A DNA stretch of 64,000 nt from Hyaloraphidium curvatum SAG 235-1. Its lineage: Eukaryota; Fungi; Monoblepharomycota. Below, one piece after another: positions 59,400 to 64,000 of this stretch. The translations under genes were made by a program, and so were the position numbers. Below the pieces are notes generated by a model. That model worked only from the letters and a program-made list of their open reading frames with translations. It did no database searches and was not told where the DNA came from. The DNA is taken from positions 434,001-498,000 of the forward strand of contig JAIVFI010000023.1 of NCBI GenBank assembly GCA_025558095.1. Direction: 5' to 3'. Numbering within the stretch: the stretch's first letter is position 1; every line of letters begins with the position of its first letter.

Positions 59400-61015
59400 T
59401 TACCAGAGATCGTAGCGAGCGGAACCATAAGTGGGTTGCTGCACATAGATCTGGTTCTGCGAGTATTCTGGAGGCTCCTCGTCAGCAAAATGATCTCCAC
59501 TAATGGCACCGATGTACCCACGGTAGACGGGCGCAGGGCCAATCTGCATTTGCTGGCCACCCGAGATGACCGTCGCAGGCGCAGGCGAACTCCGGACCTG
59601 ACTCGACACGGGCAACGTCGGCGGCTCCAGCATCATCTGCACCGGGGGGAGCGATTCGCCGAACTTGACGCTGACGAGCCCTTCGGCAATGGCCACACGC
59701 TTGCCGAGGAGCCGTGATCGGGCCACGTCGAGCTGGTTGCGCAGGCTGTCGACGGTGCCTCGCTTCTGCGCCAATGCGTTGGCAACCCAACCGTTCACAC
59801 CGTCTGCAGATAGGGCTCAATGATGAGACACGCAGCTACGAAAGAAGCCAAGCTCGCTCACCGAGGATCTGTTTCTGGCCGACGAGGTACTCGAAGCTTT
59901 CCCGAATCCGCTGCCGTGCCACCAAATCCATCATCATTCCTCCCGCCATGAGCTGGAAGAGGAACAGTCCCTGCTGCTGGTTGATCTGGATGGACTGAAG
60001 GTTTGGAATGCTAGGCATGATCTGCTTGGCAATCATGATCTCCTGGTTCGCAGCCTGGCAAACTTCGCCAGACGCCCTGATCTGGGCTTGCTGGGCGACC
60101 TCCATGAGCGTGCCGCGGCCGTATCCGATCGCCATGATCCCGGCCGCCGCGTTGGCGCCAAGGGCGCCCTGAAGGCGCTGGAGCCCCTCCGTGAGCAGCG
60201 CTCCGGCCTTTTGCAAATGTCCGCTCGCGTTCTGCAGAGCCGGAAGGTCCGTGGCAACGTCGACCCATCGCGCGTAGGCGGCGCTCGCGGTATCCTCGAG
60301 CGCCTGCTCCTCCGGATAGCCGGGGCTTGCGCCGTCAAACATGGCCGACAGGGTACGCGCGTAGGCGCGCCGCGCGGTCGCCAGCTCCTGCGATTCGGCG
60401 AGCAGGCTGTTCACGACCTGCTGCGCCGCCTGGATCTGGGCCGAAACGGGCGGGAGGGCCGCCTCGGCCGCGGCCTTGTCGGCCTGGGCCTGCGCGATCT
60501 TGCCCTTCCACTAAAAGGAAATCAGATCATTGTTCGGAAGGCCCAGATGATGACCCGCCTCATCCTTGTTCTTGAAAGGATGGAATCCTTTGAGAATCTC
60601 CTCCCCTGCGGGTTGTGGCGCGACGGGTTGACGTGGTGAGTGCCACGCGGCAGAACGCCGTCACGTATTGCGCTTGCCTTTCGCGATGGTCGCGATGGCC
60701 GTGTTCAGCTTGGCCTGCAGTGCCTGCTGCTGCTGCTTCAGCGGAGCCAGGGTGGCCTGGGCCTGGGGAAGCTCCTTCGTGTGCTGCTCCAGGAAGGCGA
60801 TACGCTTCGTGACGTCCGCAAAGTACTTCAGGTTCTCCTCGATGCGCGGCTCCAAGGTCGCAGCGACCGTCTCGTACTGGCCATCGGTCGCGCTCGTCGT
60901 TAGTCGGGTGCTGAGCACGCGGGAGGACGGCACCGACTTGGTACGGCGGAGCCTCATCGCGAGGCGGCGGCGCGACGTGCGGCTGCTCGTCGCGCGGAGG
61001 CGGGGCGAACGACAT
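59400..61015 (-). CDS. Hypothetical coiled-coil protein with Pro/Tyr-rich termini, spliced
   Basis: Several GC3-biased helical exons linked by GT-AG introns; N-terminal PPPRDE repeat. Confidence 0.65.
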
Positions 61016-61238
61016 CGTTCACGAGGAGGCTACGCGTCGCTTTCGCCGAGGACACGCGCGTCGAGGTTCACTGAGGTTCAGACGTCGGGGCTTCGCCCGG
61101 GCTGGGGGTGGGCGGGCGGGAAAACGTTTCGGCGCCTTCCTTTGTCTTCGTTCTCAACCAAAGAACACGGCGGCAGTCATCATTCGAAGGGGTTCAGACC
61201 ATTTGCGGCCAGCGATCCTGTTCTCTCGCATCCGGTCA

Positions 61239-62546
61239 TCATTTGAAGAGGTCGAGGACGATGCGGCCAGCGATAAGGTTCGCCCGCATCCGATCGTAGA
61301 CGTCGTTGAGACTGTCGAACGGCTCCACCTTCACGATCGGCTTCACTTTGCCTGCCGCGACAAAGGCCAAAGCGTCATGGGTGTCCGAGCGAGTTCCGAC
61401 GAGAGAGCCACGGATGGTCAGGCAGCGCCCCGCGATCTGCCCAACCGGAGCCGTGAAGTTGGCATTCTTGGGCAGTCCGACACAGACCAAGGTTCCATAG
61501 CGCCGGAGGTAGTTGGCAGCCTGCTTGTACGGGCCTTCCGAGGCGGCAACGACGATCGCGCCGTGCACACCCTGGCCATCGGAAGCGGCGATCACGTCGG
61601 CGACGACGTCCTTCGAGGTGGTGAAGTCTGGGAAGATGTCATGAGAATACGCTCCGCCATCGAGGATGCGACGAATGAAGCCCACCGATGAAGACATCGG
61701 CGCCGAGCTCCTTGCACAGCTTCTCCTTCTCCGGGCCGCCGTCGATTGCAATCACTTTGAGACCCATGGCCTTCGCGTATTGAACTGCCAAGTGCCCGAG
61801 ACCGCCTCCCGCGCCCGGAATTGCCATCCACTGGCCCGCTCGCGTGTCCGTTCGGCGCAGACCAGCCAAGACTGTGGCACCGGCACACATGATCGGGGCA
61901 GCATCCTCGTAGCTCACGCCGTCCGGGATCTTTCCGACGTGAAGGGCTTTGGCCACGCAGTACTGCTGAAAAGACCCGGGAGCGGTGAAACCGCTCATCT
62001 TGAGCTGCAGGCATTGGTTCTCGCGACCGCTGCGGCGGCGTTGGCTTCAGATCGCGAAGCAAATAGCCATTCGAAAGACCCACGTCAAGCAGAACTCGCA
62101 GACTCCGCAGCCGTACGCCTGCCACTTCACGCCAACCCGCTCGCCGACCTTGCACACCGTGGGATCAACGTGACTCCCAACCTTGACCACGCAGCCAGCG
62201 CCCTCGTGTCCACCGATGCAGGGAACGGCGAAAGGAAGATCGCCTTCGACGAAGTGCAAGTCGCTGTCTGCAGTTGGTGGAAAGACGGAGATGAGCTTTA
62301 TGATGGACGCCCCTCATCGTCGGCCGCCCAGTCGGCAGAGAGGCGCTGCCACCACGACCTGGTCGCGCAGTTCATGGCAAACTCACGGCAGACGCCGGAC
62401 ATGACCACCTTGACGAGCACCTCGTCCGGTCCCGGTTCTAGAACGGGCGCCTCCTTGATGACGACGCGTCCATTTGGCTTCGGATCCTCAAGAATGGCAA
62501 TCTTCTGGGTCGCCGGAACGGCCTCCGCTGCCTCTCCGCTCGGCAT
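61239..62546 (-). CDS. Zinc-dependent alcohol dehydrogenase (ADH1-like), 3 introns
   Basis: SGVC|H, GGHEGAG, CGVCEFC, APIMCAG, GAGGGLGHLAVQYAKAMG, AIDGG, GRIVL. Confidence 0.93.
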
Positions 62547-62709
62547 TTCACCACGAAAGAATGAACGAGAGAACGACTAGATGCGTAACTTTGGGCTCGC
62601 GGCGTGCAGTTGGCGGAGGGAAGTGTCACGGAGGAGTTGTCTCCCAAGTCGAGTCGCGCGGGTCGCGCGCGGCGCGCGGTTGTGCTCGGACTCTCCTTGG
62701 TCCACCTAG

Positions 62710-63090
62710 ATGCCAATACGAATTCAACTCATCGATGGCGAATTCTGCATATCGCGCCTTCCGCCGGACGCGTCGGTGCCAGCGTGGGCGGATTCCCGGA
62801 GGTTCAGCTCCATCGCGCGAACCGCGGACGAGTTATCCATCTTGTGCCCAACGAACCAAGTCCCCGATGACGTGAAGAAGGAGCCGGACTGGAAACTGAT
62901 GAAGCTCGTTGGACCGTTTGACTTCAACGAGATCGGGATCCTCTCTTCGCTGCTCCAACCCCTCGCCAAAGCCGGAATCTCGATCCTGGCGGTCTCTACC
63001 TTTGATACGGACTACATTCTCGTCAAGAAGGACAAGTTGGACGCGGCGATTGAGACTCTGAGCCCTCACGCAACAATTGAACGGGAGTAA
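62710..63090 (+). CDS. Small ACT-domain protein (ACT_7/CASTOR-like, bacterial type), intronless
   Basis: RTADELSILC, GPFDFNEIGILS, LAKAGISILAVSTFDTDYILV. Confidence 0.9.
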   Translation: MPIRIQLIDGEFCISRLPPDASVPAWADSRRFSSIARTADELSILCPTNQVPDDVKKEPDWKLMKLVGPFDFNEIGILSSLLQPLAKAGISILAVSTFDTDYILVKKDKLDAAIETLSPHATIERE

Positions 63091-63603
63091 CCAAGGCGCG
63101 CTGATGCTACACGCTTGCCACGGGAATGCCTGGCGCAGACTGGGAGCTGGCGGTCATCCAGTCGTAGCTTCGTGCTTCTTGCAATACATTTCGCGCTCTG
63201 CCGAGGACGCAATCGAGGGTGATTTGAATTTGATCACGAGAGGGGTGCGCGGCTAGGCGCCGCCGCGTCGGAACCTCCACTTCCGATCCTTCTTTTCTGT
63301 CCTCTCCACGCGCTTGGGGGGCCTAGCGCGCCAGGTGAGGATCATGGTGCTTCACATCTTTCCCATTCGTCACGATTCGTGGGGCAATCTTGCCCACTTA
63401 TCGCTATTTGCGGGGCTCCGGGACGATGACAACGGATGGATAGGGGAGCGTAGAACTCGCCCTGCTGCTTCACGCGCGGGCGGCGATGACCGAGGAAAAT
63501 TACTTGATCTTATCTTGACCGGAGCCGGGATGGGCGCATGAGGCGGAGGATACCTCTTGGCGCCGAGCTACGCGTCCTGACACGCGTTTTCGCCCAGGGC
63601 ACC

Positions 63604-64000
63604 ATGGAGGTCGACCTCCTTTCGTCACCGCCGGCTGCCGACACGGCCATCGCAGCCCTCCCTCGACCTCCCCTATCTCTACTGGCACCCGTCATCCTCA
63701 TCTTTGCGCTACCCGTGGCAGCCCTTGTGTCACGGTGGAGCTCGAAGCCGCTGCCAAGGCCCACCGACTGGCCGGCATGGCTCGGTGCCCTGCCGCGTTA
63801 CGTGACGAAGGGGCCTCGATTGAACCGCGCATACATGGCTGTTGTGGCCCTTGTTATTGGCGTTTTGCTCGTGGACGCGGGGAGCTACCTCAACCGGAGC
63901 GGGTTCCTCGACAAGCCGTGGGTTGCTGATTCGCCTTTCCGGCGCCTGTTGCTTGCTGACGCGGAACCGGACCACGTGCCACTTTCTTTGCCGCGGCAGT
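63604..64000 (+). CDS. 5' end of a membrane protein (partial)
   Basis: MEVDLLSS... open frame with two hydrophobic segments, running towards the window end. Confidence 0.5.
   Translation, partial: MEVDLLSSPPAADTAIAALPRPPLSLLAPVILIFALPVAALVSRWSSKPLPRPTDWPAWLGALPRYVTKGPRLNRAYMAVVALVIGVLLVDAGSYLNRSGFLDKPWVADSPFRRLLLADAEPDHVPLSLPRQ

Noticed and set aside
1-64000. Selenoprotein or stop-codon reassignment
   Set aside because: The in-frame stops I examined in recognisable genes fall inside canonical introns; no SECIS-like element noticed
1-64000. Bacterial contamination explaining prokaryote-like genes
   Set aside because: They are interleaved with fungal TF genes and several carry spliceosomal introns

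Overview
Eukaryotic, GC-rich, gene-dense genomic DNA with many short (~45-110 nt) spliceosomal introns. I count about 44 probable protein-coding genes in 64 kb. A Zn2Cys6 transcription factor and a C2H2 + fungal-TF-domain protein indicate a fungus. GH9, a CRP-type LIM protein and many bacterial-like enzymes suggest an early-diverging (chytrid/monoblepharid-like) lineage, which is inference. I saw no rRNA, tRNA, CRISPR array or transposon. Gene models were assembled by eye across introns, so boundaries are approximate. Highlights: (1) a complete Cys-less (GLIC/ELIC-type) pentameric ligand-gated ion channel, a family generally regarded as absent from fungi; (2) inside it, a 59-nt intron that appears to have been born from a 59-bp tandem duplication of exon sequence; (3) an intronless fusion of a Cys->Ser class I GATase-like domain with a NylC (nylon hydrolase)-like Ntn hydrolase; (4) a formate dehydrogenase with the Q-R-H motif that predicts NADP+ preference; (5) a GH19 chitinase with two CBM5/12 modules; (6) a bacterial-type kinase/M23-like/class III aminotransferase fusion; (7) a GH9 enzyme with a non-canonical catalytic-base motif.
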